NCBI GenBank assembly: GCA_965112735.1
Contig: OZ218953.1
Span: 1,302,001 to 1,366,000, forward strand
Reading direction: 5' to 3'
DNA from: Phaeosaccion multiseriatum
Lineage: Eukaryota; Protista; Ochrophyta, other classes
DNA length: 64,000 nt
Positions 13,601 to 26,755 of this stretch are shown here, piece by piece. The notes under the pieces are model-generated. The model did not search any database. It was given only the letters and a program-made list of their open reading frames with translations, and had not been told where the DNA came from. Position 1 is the first letter of the stretch. Each line of letters opens with the position of its first letter. The position numbers were made by a program, and so were the translations under genes.

Positions 13601-16600
13601 CGAAACGAAGCGTCAACTCGAAGACGACATTGACACCGAAATAGAGAACCTTCGATCCAAGTTCGAGGCCCAGCTCAGTGCAGAGAGGGAGGCCACCCTG
13701 AGGTTCAAGGGAGAGAACGGCATCATGCGCAAGAAATTCACAGGTAGGTGCATGTATTCAATGTGTGGATGGGGGGACCATGAGTGGAAGGCAGTGGAAG
13801 GCAGTTGAAGGCAGTGGAAGGCAGTGGAAGGCAGTGGAAGGCAGTGGAAGGCAGTGCAAGGCAGTTGAAGGCAGTGGAAGGCAGTGGAAGGCTGTAGAAG
13901 GCAGTGGAAGGCAGTGGAAGGCAGTGGAAGGCTGTAGAAGGCAGTGGAAGGCAGTGGAAGGCAGTGGAAGGCTGGCCACCAATGGAACGATCCTTATCTG
14001 TATCCCTCCCTGCCTCCCTCCGTCCTCTCCTCCCTCCCTCCCCCCCTCCCTCCCCCCCTCCCTCCCTCTCCCTCCCCTCCTCCCCTCCCTCTCTCCCCCC
14101 TCCTCCCCTCCCCTCCTGCCCCTCCCCTCCCTCCCTGCCTGCCCTCCCCCTCTGCCCCTTATAGTGCTGAAGAAGGACATTGAGGATCAAGCAGAGGAAA
14201 TCCGAGCCCTGCACGAGAAGGAGAAGGGCATGAAGACCATGATCAAGGGGTTGCAGGCAGAAATTGCCGTACACAAAAGAGAGATTAAGGCCCGAGACGA
14301 CACCATCGGGGAGAAGGAGAAGAAAATGTACGAGCTCAAGAAGAAGAATCAGGTCAGTCAGGGAGTACAACAGTTGGTGATACAAAGTAGAGCAGTTGGT
14401 GATACAGTAGTAGTGAGGGGAGCAGTGTGAAATGGTGGGGGTGGGATTTCATAGATACTTACAGGTTGATTTGTTGGCCTTGGCTTACTTTGCCCTCCCT
14501 TCTGACCACTCATTCTCTCTCCCGGCTCTTCTCTCCTCTCCTCTCCTCTCCTCTCCTCTTCTCTCCTCCTCCGCCCCCTCCTCTTCCCAACTCCTCTCCC
14601 CTCCCCTCCCCTCTCCCCTCCTCTCCTCCCCTTCCCCTCCCTCCCCTACCCCCTCCTCCCCTCCTCCCCTCCTCCCCGCCCCCCCTTCTCCCCCATCCGC
14701 TGCCATCCATCCATCCATCCATCCATCCATCCACAGGAGCTCGAAAAGTTCAAGTTCGTTCTTGACTATAAAATCAAGGAGCTCAAGAGGCAGATTGAGC
14801 CCAGGGAGACCAAGATCGCCCGCATGAAGGAGCAGGTAAAAGGTGTAGTTTCAGTTTCAGCTTCAGTGTCCGTTTCAGTTTCAGTTTATGGGCCCTGCAC
14901 TGTCCCTACTGTATCGATGTGGGCCCAGAGTTCTTTTTCCTTTCCCATGCACGCTCCGAAGAGGGGGGGTGCGTAAGAAAGTGCGTTGGTGATTCGTTCG
15001 CCTTGCCAGCCAAGCTGTGACCACACAACTCAGGGCCGAGTATAACCTGGTCTCCAAAGGAAGGTGGCTAGCTCTCGCTCTCGTTTCTACTCTCTCATTT
15101 CTTCCCTACTATACCCAATATTACCCCATACCCTATACGCTTTTAACCCATACCCCATACCCTATACCCTACCTTGTTATCCTCGACCTCCTCCCCATCC
15201 ACTACCATCCAATGTCATCCATTGCCATCCCCTAACTCTACCTCTACCCTCACAGATCAAGGACATGGACCGCGAGCTCGAGCAGTTCCATAACTCCAAC
15301 GCGCAGCTCGACATTCTCATTGGAGAGCTTCGAGAGAAAATCGACTCTCTGCAGGTGAGGGCATGCGTGTGTGTGTGTGTGGTGCGTGTGTATCATTCGT
15401 GGGTGGGTGACAGGTTGGGTCGGTTAGGCCTTTCCCATACCTTACCCATACGCTTGTTTGGCTTTGCTAACTGCCTCCCCCTCCCCCTCCCCCTCCCCTC
15501 CCCCCCCCCTTAACCACACACCCACACCCACGCCCACACCCTCACAGGCCGAGATCCGTCGCCAACGCCGGCAAATCGCCGATCAGGAGCGAGTGTCCCG
15601 CCGCTTCAAGAAGGATCTCTATACCTCGGTGCAGCAGATTCAAAACCCCAAGCAGCTCGTGGAGCATGTCAAGGCGCTTTACCAAGAGCACGTCAACCTC
15701 GAGCTGCCCAAGAATGAGGTGAGGAAGACTCAATGGGTGTGTGTGGGGGGGTGAGTGAGTGGGTGTGTGTGGGGGGGTGAGTGAGTGAGTGAGTGCGTGC
15801 GTGCGTGCGTGTGTGCAGCGTGGTGTGGTGTGGTGTGGCCGCGGAGAGGACATTCTCTTCTCTGTGCTTCTTTCCCTCACGCATCTCTCCGTCCCTTCCC
15901 GTCCCCTCCCATCTCAATTCTGACGTCATCCCACCCCTCTCGGATCCCCCCCTCCCTCTCCCCTCCCCCTCGTCACAGATGGATGCGAATGTGCAACACG
16001 AGTATGTGCGCCACAAGGAATATTTAGAGCGCAGCCTTTCCTTCCTCAAGGAGAAGTTCAACACCGATATGGGCAAGCACAGGGCAGACAACCTCAACGT
16101 CATGCAGGTATATGGGTGTGGGTGTGGGTGCATGTGTGCGTGTGCGTGTGTGCGTGTGTGCGTGTGGGTGTGGGTGTGGGTGGGTGTGGGTGTGGGTGTG
16201 TGCGTGGGTGTGGGTGTGTGGGGCGGGGGGGGGGGGGGGGGGGGGTGAGTGAGTGTGTGCTTGTGAGTATGTGTGTGTGTGCGTGTGCGTGTCTTGTATC
16301 TGTATGCCACACAGCCCTCACCGCACGGACATGCTAAACGCATCTCTACTCCCCTCTCCCACCCCCCCCCCTCCCTTCTCTCTGCAGGACAACATGCTGT
16401 TGATAAAGGAGATCAACATGCAGAGGGAGCAGAACAAGGGCTCCAAGCGTGTTTTGCAGGCTCAGATTAATGTCTTGAAGCGCTTCGGAGTCAAGCGTCT
16501 TGAGGCTCAGAGCCTGGAGAACAAGCTCAAGGTCAGTACCTGGTGTCAGTGAGGTTGTGAGACAGTCAGTAACACTGGTGTCAGGCAGTACTCACTCACT

Positions 16601-16710
16601 CACTCACTCACTCACTCACTCACTCATGCCCCCGCCTCACACACACACGCACACACAACAACACGAACGCACACTTACGCACGCACACACACACACACAC
16701 ACAATTACAA

Positions 16711-16741
<31 letters not shown>

Positions 16742-16958
16742 ATTACAAACACACTCACAGCTTGAGGAGAGGCCCGAGACACTCGGAGAAGACCCCATCA
16801 AGGTGATGGAGTACAACAGAGCGAAGATCAAGGAGTTGAGGGAGCTCATCGCCCAGCTTGAGGCCTCCATGATGGTGGCTAATCGCACTTACTCGGCCTC
16901 CATGCTGCCTCCGTTGGATGGGGTTGATCCACAGGGGTCTGTGGCGGTGGGTCCGTGA
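5962..16958 (+). CDS. CFAP57: Cilia- and flagella-associated protein 57 (WDR65): WD40 repeats plus coiled coil, 22 exons
   Basis: Begins [25 protein letters not shown]. Recognisable motifs: [115 protein letters not shown]. All 21 introns are GT-AG with consistent phases. Confidence 0.95.
6614..6746 (+). repeat. (GAG)n trinucleotide microsatellite, intronic
   Basis: Directly visible. Representative of many (GAG), (CA), (GGAA), (CAT) and (CAGT) tracts across the window. Confidence 0.95.
10921..11212 (+). repeat. Intronic 31-bp minisatellite, ~9.4 copies
   Basis: Unit tggtgtcaggactatgtctgaccgatctagt, head-to-tail with no spacers, in CFAP57 intron 10. Confidence 0.95.
13783..13970 (+). repeat. 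10-bp tandem repeat (GGCAGTGGAA)n, ~19 copies, intronic
   Basis: Directly visible in CFAP57 intron 15. Confidence 0.95.
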
Positions 16959-17381
16959 GTGAGTGAGTGAGAGAGGTAGGGAAGGGAGGGGGGGAGGGAG
17001 GGACCGAGTGGTCGGCGTGGCGAGGACTGGGGGGAGCTGAGGGACCGGAAGGGTGGCAGTTACACGAGTGAGTGAAGCGATGTGACGATGTGCGAAAGGG
17101 GAGTGATGGAGGTGGGGACGGGAAGGGGCGGGGTGGGGCTGGGCGATGGCCTTGCTTTGCCTTGCTTTGCCTTGCCTTGCCTTGCTTTGCTGAAGTCTGG
17201 GGAGAGAGAGGGAAGGAGGAGGTGCAGGCAGTCGCCTTCAGTACACAGGCGGAAGGAAGGAAGGAAGGAAGGAAGGAAGGAAGGAAGGAAGGAAGGAAGG
17301 AAGGAAGGAAGGAAGGAAGGAAGGAAAGAAGGAAGGTCTTCCTCTGACCTTCCCGTACAGTACAGCAGGAATAGTGCACCG

Positions 17382-17419
<38 letters not shown>

Positions 17420-17637
17420 GCAACACATTTGTCGTAACGGTCGTAATGGTCACATGATGTAGTTTCTTCGTATGAAGTATAAAACATTAAAGTAACTGAC
17501 AGCTTCTTATTACGTGTACTCTACCAATGCGGCTCTACGAGGTACTGCTGGGTGGCTGCCATCTATATATATAACATTAGCTACTGTGATTAAGTAGTAG
17601 TGAAAGGGTCTAGCAAAAAGAAGTTTCCCCTCTTCTT

Positions 17638-20600
17638 CTATTGCTGCGTGACGAAGAACGTCGGCGCGGAGGGAGAGGAGGGAGAGGAGGAGGAGCACTG
17701 CTTGGCCTTCAACAAGTCCCTCTTACCAAGGCCGCCCTCTAACCCGAGATCGAGCCGGGTGGGGCACACAAGCGTCACCTTGACCATCGCAAGCTCCTTC
17801 CAGTCTTCGTCCTCCTCCTCCTCGTCCTCCTCCTCCTCCGCCTCATCCTCCTCCTCGAATCGGAAACCGCCGTAACTGCCATCAGAGCGCTTCTTCTGTC
17901 GGTCCCCCCTCCCTGATCTCCTGGTCGGTCTTACCGCGCCTTCCCCGCGTATGTCCGTTGTGAGCTGTTCGAGGAGCGACAGCACTACATGGCACCTATT
18001 GGGCGTGTTGGTGCTCCGAGCCGATTGCAGGGCGGCGACGGCTTTGGGTCCGAGTGCATTGCCACTAATGTCCACCTTACGAAGGCAGCAGTGGGGCTGG
18101 GCGAGGAGGGAGGACAGAGTGATGGCGGCGGCGTCGACGGCAGCGCTTGCTCCGGCATCACAGCCCCTGTGTTTTTTAAGGATGGAGCGATAGGCGACGA
18201 AGGAGGGGGAGGGAGGGAGGGAGGGAGGGAGGGAGGGAGGGAGGGAGGGAGGGAGGGAGGGAGGGAGGGAGGGAGGGAGGGAGGGAGGGAGGGAGGGAGG
18301 GAGGGAGGGAGGGAGGGAGGGAGGGAGGGAGGGAGGGAGGGAGGGAGGGAGGGAGGGAGGGAGGGAGGGAGGGAGGGAGGGAGGGAGGGAGGGAGGGAGG
18401 GAGGGAGGGAGGGAGGGAGGGAGGGAGGGAGGGAGGGAGGGAGGGAGGGAGGGAGGGAGGGAGGGAGGGAGGGAGGGAGGGAGGGAGGGAGGGAGGGAGG
18501 GAGGGAGGGAGGGAGGGAGGGAGGGAGGGAGGGAGGGAGGGAGGGAGGGAGGGAGGGAGGGAGGGAGGGAGGGAGGGAGGGAGGGAGGGAGGGAGGGAGG
18601 GAGGGAGGGAGGGAGGGAGGGAGGGAGGGAGGGAGGGAGGGAGGGAGGGAGGGAGGGAGGGAGGGAGGGAGGGAGGGAGGGAGAACGGCGGGGGGTGGGG
18701 GAGGGCAAGCCGATGAAGAGTGAGTCAGTCACACAGTCAAACCTAGTATCCATACATTCACTCAGCCAGCCAGTCAGCCAGTCAGCTAGTCAGCTAGTCA
18801 GCCAGTCAGCCAATCAGTCAGTCGGTCAGTCAGCTAGTCAGCCAGTCAGCCAGTCGGCCAGTCGGCCCGTCAGCCAGTCAGCCAGTCAGACAGTCAGCCA
18901 CCCAACGGCCAAGCCGCCCGGCCACGCAGCCACACAGCCACACAGCCACACAGCCACACAGCCAACCAAACAAACCAAAAGCAAACGCACGCACGCACGC
19001 ACCTGCAGCGGAGCTCCCGCAGTGTGTCATTCCCCTCCACCAACCGCACGAGCTCCACGAATCCGTCTTCGGAGAGGCTGTTGTACGAAACGTCCAAACA
19101 AGTCAGCACGTCATGAAGCCTTAGCGCTTGCAACACTTGCGCCGCGTGGCACCTCAGCTGCTGCTGCTGCTGCTGCCTCGATCCCGCCCCCCTCATTGGA
19201 CTCTTCTTGCCTCCACTCCGTCGGTTACCGCCGTTGCTATTGCTGTTGCTGCTGCTGCTGCTACTCAGCACGCTGCCTCCTCCTGCAAGCCCGCCCCCTC
19301 CTCCTCCTCCTCCTCCTCCTCCTCCTCCTCCTCGAGTTTGTTCTCCTAGGCCGAACCCCTTGATGGAGTTCCAAGCGAGGTCTAACGTGCGCAGGCGGAT
19401 ATTGTGCAGAGACATCTCGGAGAGCCCTTTCACGCACTCCTCTTTGCCTTCGATGCCGTTGCGCGCTTCGGGCGGGGTGGGAGGGGGAGGGGAAGGTGGA
19501 GGGGGGGGAGGAGGAGCAGGAGGAGGAGGAGGAGGAGGAGGAGGAGGAGCAGCAGGAGGAGCAGGAGTCTGTGAGGAACCCAGTAACGGGAGCCGAAGAA
19601 GGGCGGCTCAAGTGCGGACTACACTCTTTAGTGCCTCACTCCACTGGGGCTCATCCTGCCTACTAGGTCCTACTCTTAGCCAGTGAGCACATGCAAGGTT
19701 GACGGACCTCCTGCCCCCCGTACCTTGCCCTCGAAGATTGGCTAAGGTTCTAAGGTCTACAAGAACGCGACTCAGCTTCCTAAGGCGACCTACCTGCCAA
19801 CAAGGTCACTAACGACTTGGCGGCCCCCGCAGGCCCTGAGAGAGTGTGGAAAACTGCACCGATGCCCTGTTGGTTTGTTGTGTTCGAGTGTGGTAAGAGT
19901 TGCAGCAGAAGTAGCAGCGGCAGTAAGTCGCAGCAGCAGGTAACAGGGAGAGGGAGAGAGGAAGAGGGGGGGGAGGGGGGGGGGGGAGCGTGAGCAAGTG
20001 AAGTAGACTTAATTTAGTGTGGGCTAGGGAACATTGACTGAGGGGGTAGAAGGCACACTAAGCTACTCTTGATACAGTGATGACGAGCACGCACACTTCG
20101 AGCATCGCTGGGAAACACCCTCCACCCCCCCCCCTTCGCCCCCATGCCTTCCCCTCCTCCCTCCCCCCTCTCCCACCCTCCGCCTTTCCCCTTGCCTCCC
20201 CCTCCTCCTGCTCCTCCCTCCCCCCTCCCCCCTCGCCCCACCCTCCGCCTTTCCCCTTGCCTCCCCCTCCTCCTGCTCCTCCCTCCCCCCTCTCCCCTCG
20301 CCCCACCCTCTCCCTTTCCCCCTGCACGCGCACTTCCCTACCTTGTCACCAAGACTGTTCCCATTGGTGCTCAGCCACACAAGCCGGCAGGCCTTGATGC
20401 TCAGGTATGAGCACAGAGCAAGAGCCCCCTTCGGCCCCATGTTGTTGTTCGAGAGATCGAGCTTGAGAAGGGTGGAGGGGCCTCCGCCGCCACTGAGGAG
20501 GCCGTGGGTGGGACTCTGAGGGACTGCACATGACGACGGCTTTGTTTGTGAGACATAGGACGATGTCGCGGAGGAGGAGGACGAGAAGGGCAAGACTGGG

Positions 20601-21433
20601 TCTCCTCCACCTCCTCCTCCACCTCCTCCTCCACCTCCTCCTCCACCTCCTCCTCCACCTCCTCCTCTTCCTCCTCCTCCTCCTCCTCCTGATCTCGCAG
20701 CGGCTGTCTTGGCCGCTGTCCGGGCGGCGGCAGCGGCCGTGGCGCTGGCGATGAGCGCAGGAACGATGCCCTCAATAGTGTCGGGACCCAATGCATTGCC
20801 CTGTAGAGAGATGGCCCGCACACAGCCCCTGGACAGCACCTGCCCAAACTCGGTGCTGATGGCGTTGAAATTCACGTCCCCGAGACTCCGACCGGCCAAC
20901 GCGAGGGTGGAGCGAGGCGACATCTCATGACTTCCCCCACCCCCTCCTCCTCCCCCTCCTCCTCCTCCTCCTCCTCCTCCTCCTCCTCCTCCTCCTCCTC
21001 CTCCTCCCCCTCCTCCTTCTCCTCCTCCTCCTCCTCCTCCTTCTCCTCCTCGCTCTCCCATCGAACCCTGCTCGTCCGGGAGGAACGAAGAGCGTTCACT
21101 GAGTAGACTGACAGCCCCAACGCTGCTGTCGTCACCCCTGCCGGCAGCCGCTCCACCCCCGCGGGTTCCTGGGCCCCCCCCGTGGAGCCGATCCAGAGGC
21201 TTGTGTGTGGGCAAGTTGACCATGCTCCGGTCGATGTTCCCCTCCGCATCGAAGCCTCGCCCTGACCTCTTGCCCCGCAAACTGAAACTCAAACCGGGCA
21301 TGGCACTATCCACACCCAACCCCATGCTTGCTGACAGAGAGGAGGAGGAGGGGGTGATGGAGAGGAGAGAAGCCGAGCAAGAGGAAGAGCCCTGCCCATA
21401 TGCCTGCCCCTGCCCATATGCCTGCCCCTGCCT

Positions 21434-21474
<41 letters not shown>

Positions 21475-22338
21475 GTCGGTCCTCCTCCTGGTCTGTGGTG
21501 GTGGTTGTGGTGGTGGTGGCGGTGGTGGTGGTGGTGGTGGTGGTGGTGGTGGTGGTGGTGGTGGTGGTGGTGGTGAGCGAAGCGTCGAGACCCAAGGCGC
21601 CCCACTCCCAATCCCCGTCCCACGGCCATCGCCCCTTCCAGTCCCAGCGTTTGGTCTCAATGTTGTCGACAATGGCCTGCAGAGTGCTGTGCAGCTGCTG
21701 ATCCTCGTATGCGAGCAGATGCGCCGGCAGCAAAGTGACCGATTTGGTGTTGTGCTTGTTGGTCTGCCCCTGCTCCCCCTCCTCCTCCAACCCACCGCTT
21801 GGCCCTGATAGCCTGCTCTTGTCCTTGTTGTCGCCTCCTCCGCCCCGCCCTCCTCGACCTTCCCCTCCCAAAGGTGAGCTGCCGCCGACGCCGCCCCCCG
21901 CCCCCCCCGCCCCCTCTTGTTGTGGTTCCACCCTGCTCGGATCGCGCTGACCGTCCCCCCCACCCCCTCCTCCTCCTCCTCCTCCTCCTCCTCCTCCTCC
22001 TCCTGCTGCTGCTGCCGCTGCTGCTACTGCTGCTACTGCTGCTGCTGCTGCTGTATCACCAACTGCTGCTGCTGCGATCTCCGACTCGTGTCCGCCTACA
22101 GCAGTCAACCCATCCGCGCCCCCTTGCTGCTGCGTTGCCCCCAGCCCCACCCGCCCGATAACGTGCTCCAGGGGACAAGAGGAGGACTCTCCAACACCCG
22201 CACCACTAGCACTAGGGCCACTAGCACTAGGGCCACTGCTACTACCATCTCTCTCGACCGTGCCGCTTCCACTGCTCGCACGCAGCATCTCCTCCTCTTC
22301 CAACTGTTGCTGCGGCTGCTGTTGCTGCTGTATCACCA

Positions 22339-22405
<67 letters not shown>

Positions 22406-25400
22406 CTTCTTCCTGTCCACGCCCGTCATCCTCTCCCTCCTCCTATTCCTCTCCTCCCTCTCCTCCTGCTCCTCCTTCTCCATCTTGGTCATTAACCGTC
22501 TCCTCTTCTCAATCTCCGCTGCCCGCGCCTCCAAATCGGCTACCGAAGCCTGCCTCAGCTCGGGCCAGCTCACCACAATCTCCTTCTCCCAATCCTCTCC
22601 GTCCTCCCACCCACCTTGGTCCAAATCCCACCCCGTCGCGCTACTGCTACTGTCTGCATCCTCCTCCCCCTCCTCCTCCCTACCACCACCAGCCTCCTCC
22701 CCCTTCTCCTGCTCCTCCACCTCCTCCTCCACTCCTTCTGCCCAAGCTCTATCCCTAGCCTTCGCCTTCTCCCTTCTCCTCCTCCTCCTCCTCCTCCGTC
22801 TCCTCCGCCTCGCATCTCTGGTCGCCTCTTGATGTATGCGCAGGAGCAGGGCTCGGTCCTGCAGCGACACATCCAGCGGCCGAAAGCTCGAGGCCAGGCT
22901 GTTCGGCAGCTCTCGACACCGCTCTTGCTCGGCCGCCCATTCGATGCTCAGCCTCAGCGCATGCCGCACACGCTTCTCCTCCCGCACCCACGCCCTTGCT
23001 ACGAGGAAGAGCAGCCCGTCAATGTCAACTATGGCCGATTCCTTGTTGGACGAAGGGAGCTCCAGTCGCCGGCCAGTCTGTGTGGCTGACGTTGCCCGGG
23101 TGGCGCCTCCTCCCACCCGGCTGGGTCGCCCTCCTCCTCCTCCCCGCCCCCCTCCCCCTCCTCCTACTGCTCCTGCTCCTGGTCCTCCTCCTGCGCCTCC
23201 TCCTGCCCCCGCCCCCTCGGGACCCTCTCCTCCCTCGTCTTCCTCTCCTTGGACTGGAAGGCCATCCTCGACCTCCAGCGTGTCTGCCACAGACCCATCC
23301 GGAGCCGTCCACACTTGTTCAAGCCCCAGAAGGCAGAGCCTCTTTCCTTGCTCTTGTGTGCGAGGCATGGTTCGCCCCCCCTTGTTTCTCCCCCCTTCTT
23401 CCCACCCCCTCTCCACCGCACCTTCTCCTCCACTGTCGCTGTCACCTCCTCCTCCTCCTCCTCCTCCTCCTCCTCCTCCTCCTCCTCCTCCTCTTCCACC
23501 CCCTCCTCCTGCTCCTCCTCTTCGGTCTATTACCGGAGTCTGTGGGGTCGTTCGACGATGGCGGTGGGTGCGTGCTCCCTCGGAGGACCGACGGGCAGTC
23601 GAGCTTCCCCTCCCTCGCCCCCCCGCTCGCTGCTGCTGCTGACGAGTGCCACCGCTTGGGCGAGTGGACGGGGGAAGAAGAGTGCTGCCTCTGCTGCTGC
23701 TACTGTTGTTGAGGTTGCTGTTGCTGTTGTTATTGTTCCCGCTCGCTGCGGCGGTGGAGGTCGCACCAGCAGCTGTCCGCACGGTCGCCGTACCAGACGT
23801 ATTCGCTGCCGCAGCCGTATGCATACGGGCCGCCGTCGTTGTCTTGCAAGCCAGCTGCATCAACTCTCCCTCCAGCACCAGCTGCTGCTTCCGCGGCCAC
23901 GGAGGCTCGATGCCAATCTGCGCACAGGCCGGTCGGTACGAGGCCAACGCCCAGCCTCGAGAACAACGCGCCCCGTGAAACAGATGGGAGATGACCGCTC
24001 GGGCGGTGGTGAGCGAAACGGTCCGTCCGGTGCCTAGACGGGAGGCATCGAGCTTTCGTCGCACCTGGAAGCCTTTCACTGCATGCCATCCGCCCCCGGC
24101 AAGCAAGACCAACATCTCTAATACGACGGACTCAATCACGTCGCACCCCGCCACCATCACCTCTGCGTGCAGGCCCAAAATGAGGGCGAAGACGTCGATG
24201 CGCGGTTTGCCAGAGTAGCGCAAGACGCCCCCGAGGAGAGAGTTCATGTGGCGCTCACCTAACACAGTGACACAGGCACGCTTTTGCAGCTGCTGCATTA
24301 CCACCTCCTCAAACGTGAAGGGAAGCACGACAGGTGATGATGGTCCCACCCCCCCTGCCGTGACCCCTACCCCTGCCCCTACTCCGTTCGTGTTCGTCGC
24401 GCCCGGCCCAGTGACACCACCAACCCCCTCAGTGGTCGCACTGCTGCCTCCTCCTCTTCCTCCTCCTCCTCCTCCCCCTCCTCCTCCTTCTCCTCCTCCT
24501 TCTCCTCCTTGTGCTGCTGCTCCTCTTCCGATTCCTCCCTCTTCTCCTCCTTGTCCTCCTCCTTCTCCTGTGCTTCCGCCATCTCCTCCTACCTCTCCTC
24601 CTCCTCCTGCTGCTGCTGCTGCTGCTCCTGCTCCCCCCCCTCCTAGTCCCCACATGGCACCAACGCTTATCGCAGTCACAGTTGGCTGTGGATCCGGCTC
24701 GGCAGCTCGGCGGACGAGAATGTCAATCTTCCGAGCGAAGCATTCCGCGATGAAGGAATACAGCACCGCTGACGTCATCTTGTTGTCCCGCCCGTACGCC
24801 AGCCCCGAGAAGGCTGCGACACCTCCGATGCCGTTCGCTGTGGGACCCATGCCTCCTCCCCCTCCTCCTCCTTCTCCTCCCCCTCCTCCCCCGGCCGCCC
24901 CACCATTGCTGGTGGTCGCCTGTTTGATGAGGGCCTGCAAAACGTCCGGAGGCGGCGGCCACTGAGGCAACGGCCAATAGGGCAGGAGCGACCGAAAGAG
25001 CTTTCGCATCTGCTGGCGGTTGCGATGCGGAGGCGGACACGCCGGGGCTGGAGCCAAGCGTCCGCTGCCATCCTCTCCCTCTCTGGCTATACCAACCCTC
25101 TCCCTCTCTGCTGTTGCTTCTGCTCTCTCCACGCCTCCCTCCTTGGCCTCGCCGCCTTCTTTCGCCTCTCTTGCGCCCTTTTCCGCCGCTCCTCCTCCCT
25201 CTTTTTCTCCTCCTCTACGGCTTCCCACGCTTCCTGTGCTCTCTGCCACCTGCTCGCCAGCTGGGCCCTTGGTACTGTCGTCGCTTGGTTGTTGATCCGA
25301 CCGTCCAGACCCCATTCCTCCCTCCTCCTCATGGCCGGGGACAGCTACTGCACTTCCTTCCTGTGCGCTTTGAGGGCCGACACTAGAGGAAGCTGTCGTA

Positions 25401-26488
25401 TCCTCCTTCTCCTTCTTCTCCTCCTCCCTTCTCTCTTGGTGCTGCCGCCTCTCCGTCTCGCCCTGATGCTGATGCTGGTGTTGGTGCTTCGCATGCTGGG
25501 GGGGCTGGCCCTTCCCCTGCTCCTGCCCTCGCATTTGCTCGTAGTACAGCCTCCTCTCGTCGGCGTAACCCTTCTCCTCCTCCTCCTCCTCAAAGACCTC
25601 CAGCAGGTCCAGTGTTGTATCCGGGTAAGGAAGGGCGTACCCCACGCCGAGTTTGGCGATGAGAGAAGCTTTGGTGCGGCCCGCATCTCCCCCGTGCACC
25701 TTTTTAATGTCGTTCAGGGAGCCGCCGCAGATGGGGCAGCGACCTCCGCTGGCACCCGTCTGCGCTGCAATCAGGAAGAGGCGCTGCACTTCCTTGCTGA
25801 AAGTGCACTGCGCGCAAATCAAGCAGGCCATTGTGCACACAGGCTCCAGGGAGGTGGGGCCGAGGACGCTGGCGCTGCCCACATTGGCAGCGCAGATGGC
25901 ACAACTTGAGTCTTTGGCCGTGAGGTTGCGGTGAATCTGCTTGTATAAGAGCGCCGCTCGGAGAGTCGATGCAAAGTGGTCGTCTTCGTCTCCGTCTCCC
26001 TCCATCAAGTGTTTGGCCCGCCGCTCCATCTCCTCTGAGGTCCCCCCTCCCATCTTCTTTCCCACACGCTGACGGAGGTGATCTCCAGCGCCCTCTTCTC
26101 CCTTGAGCATGACTTGCTTCTGGAGCGTGTTCAGCGACATTACTAGCCTCCCCACAGTGAAGAGTTTGCTCGCATTGTGGAGCTTCTTGGTGACGCCGCC
26201 ACCGCGTCCACTCCCACCCTCTCCAGGAGTGCTCGCACTGCTCGCACTGCTGCCTGTACTTCGATCGTTCAACGAAAGAGCCGGAATTTCGTGCTGCCTC
26301 TGCGAATGGGGACTGTTGCAGCTGCTGTTGCTTGCTTCTGGAGCTTGGACCAGAAGGTCGAACATGCTTCGGTTTTCTTTTGTCAGCGCTTCGGGTACTC
26401 GCGACACGGAAGGCCTGCGCTTCTCATCTCCTCTATTCTCCGCTGCGCATACATTGACGACGAAAGCGGACCCCTTCCTTGCCTGCAT
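17638..26488 (-). CDS. ~2400-aa protein: N-terminal RING-like Cys cluster, long low-complexity middle, C-terminal RI-like leucine-rich repeats
   Basis: Exon 1 spans 26488-~20343. Exons 19866-19794, 19465-19003 and 18166-17638 splice in frame. LRR motifs: VRAISLQGNALG, LLKLDLSNNNMGPKGA, LVWLSTNGNSLGDKG, LRTLDLAWNSI, LTCLDVSYNSL, LRKVDISGNALGPKA. Cys cluster: CAIC...C..CLICAQC...CPIC. Confidence 0.8.
18208..18683 (+). repeat. Long perfect (GGGA)n microsatellite (~470 bp)
   Basis: Directly visible in the last intron of the LRR gene, where it reads (TCCC)n on the sense strand. Similar tracts lie at ~7416-7580 and ~8966-9195. Confidence 0.97.
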
Positions 26489-26755
26489 CGCTTTATTGCG
26501 TGCAAGAGAGTGAGTGAGGGCGCTTTCACAGTTTCGTGTAATATCAAGTTTCTATTGGAAATTGATTAGAAACTGAAACTGAGAACTGATGAGGGAGGGA
26601 GGAGGACGACTTTCCTCGACAAAAAGCACTCCCCCAGTGCCGGGTTTTCATTGCCCCGCGCTTGTGCGGGCCTCTCATCGCTCGCGACTCCCTGCTTACG
26701 CGAGTCCCACGGCGGAAGATTCCTAAGAAGAGGAGATTTCCCTCTTTCGTGGAGA
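26489..26755. promoter_or_regulatory. Probable bidirectional promoter between the LRR and DUF760 genes
   Basis: Divergent start codons ~270 bp apart. ATTGG at ~26554 and GAAACTGAAACTGAGA at 26569-26584. Confidence 0.5.

Noticed and set aside
17989-18723. Long ORFs of REGG, PPSL, HT, CV or poly-G repeats (here and throughout the ORF track)
   Set aside because: They are translations of intronic microsatellites or antisense shadows of real exons.
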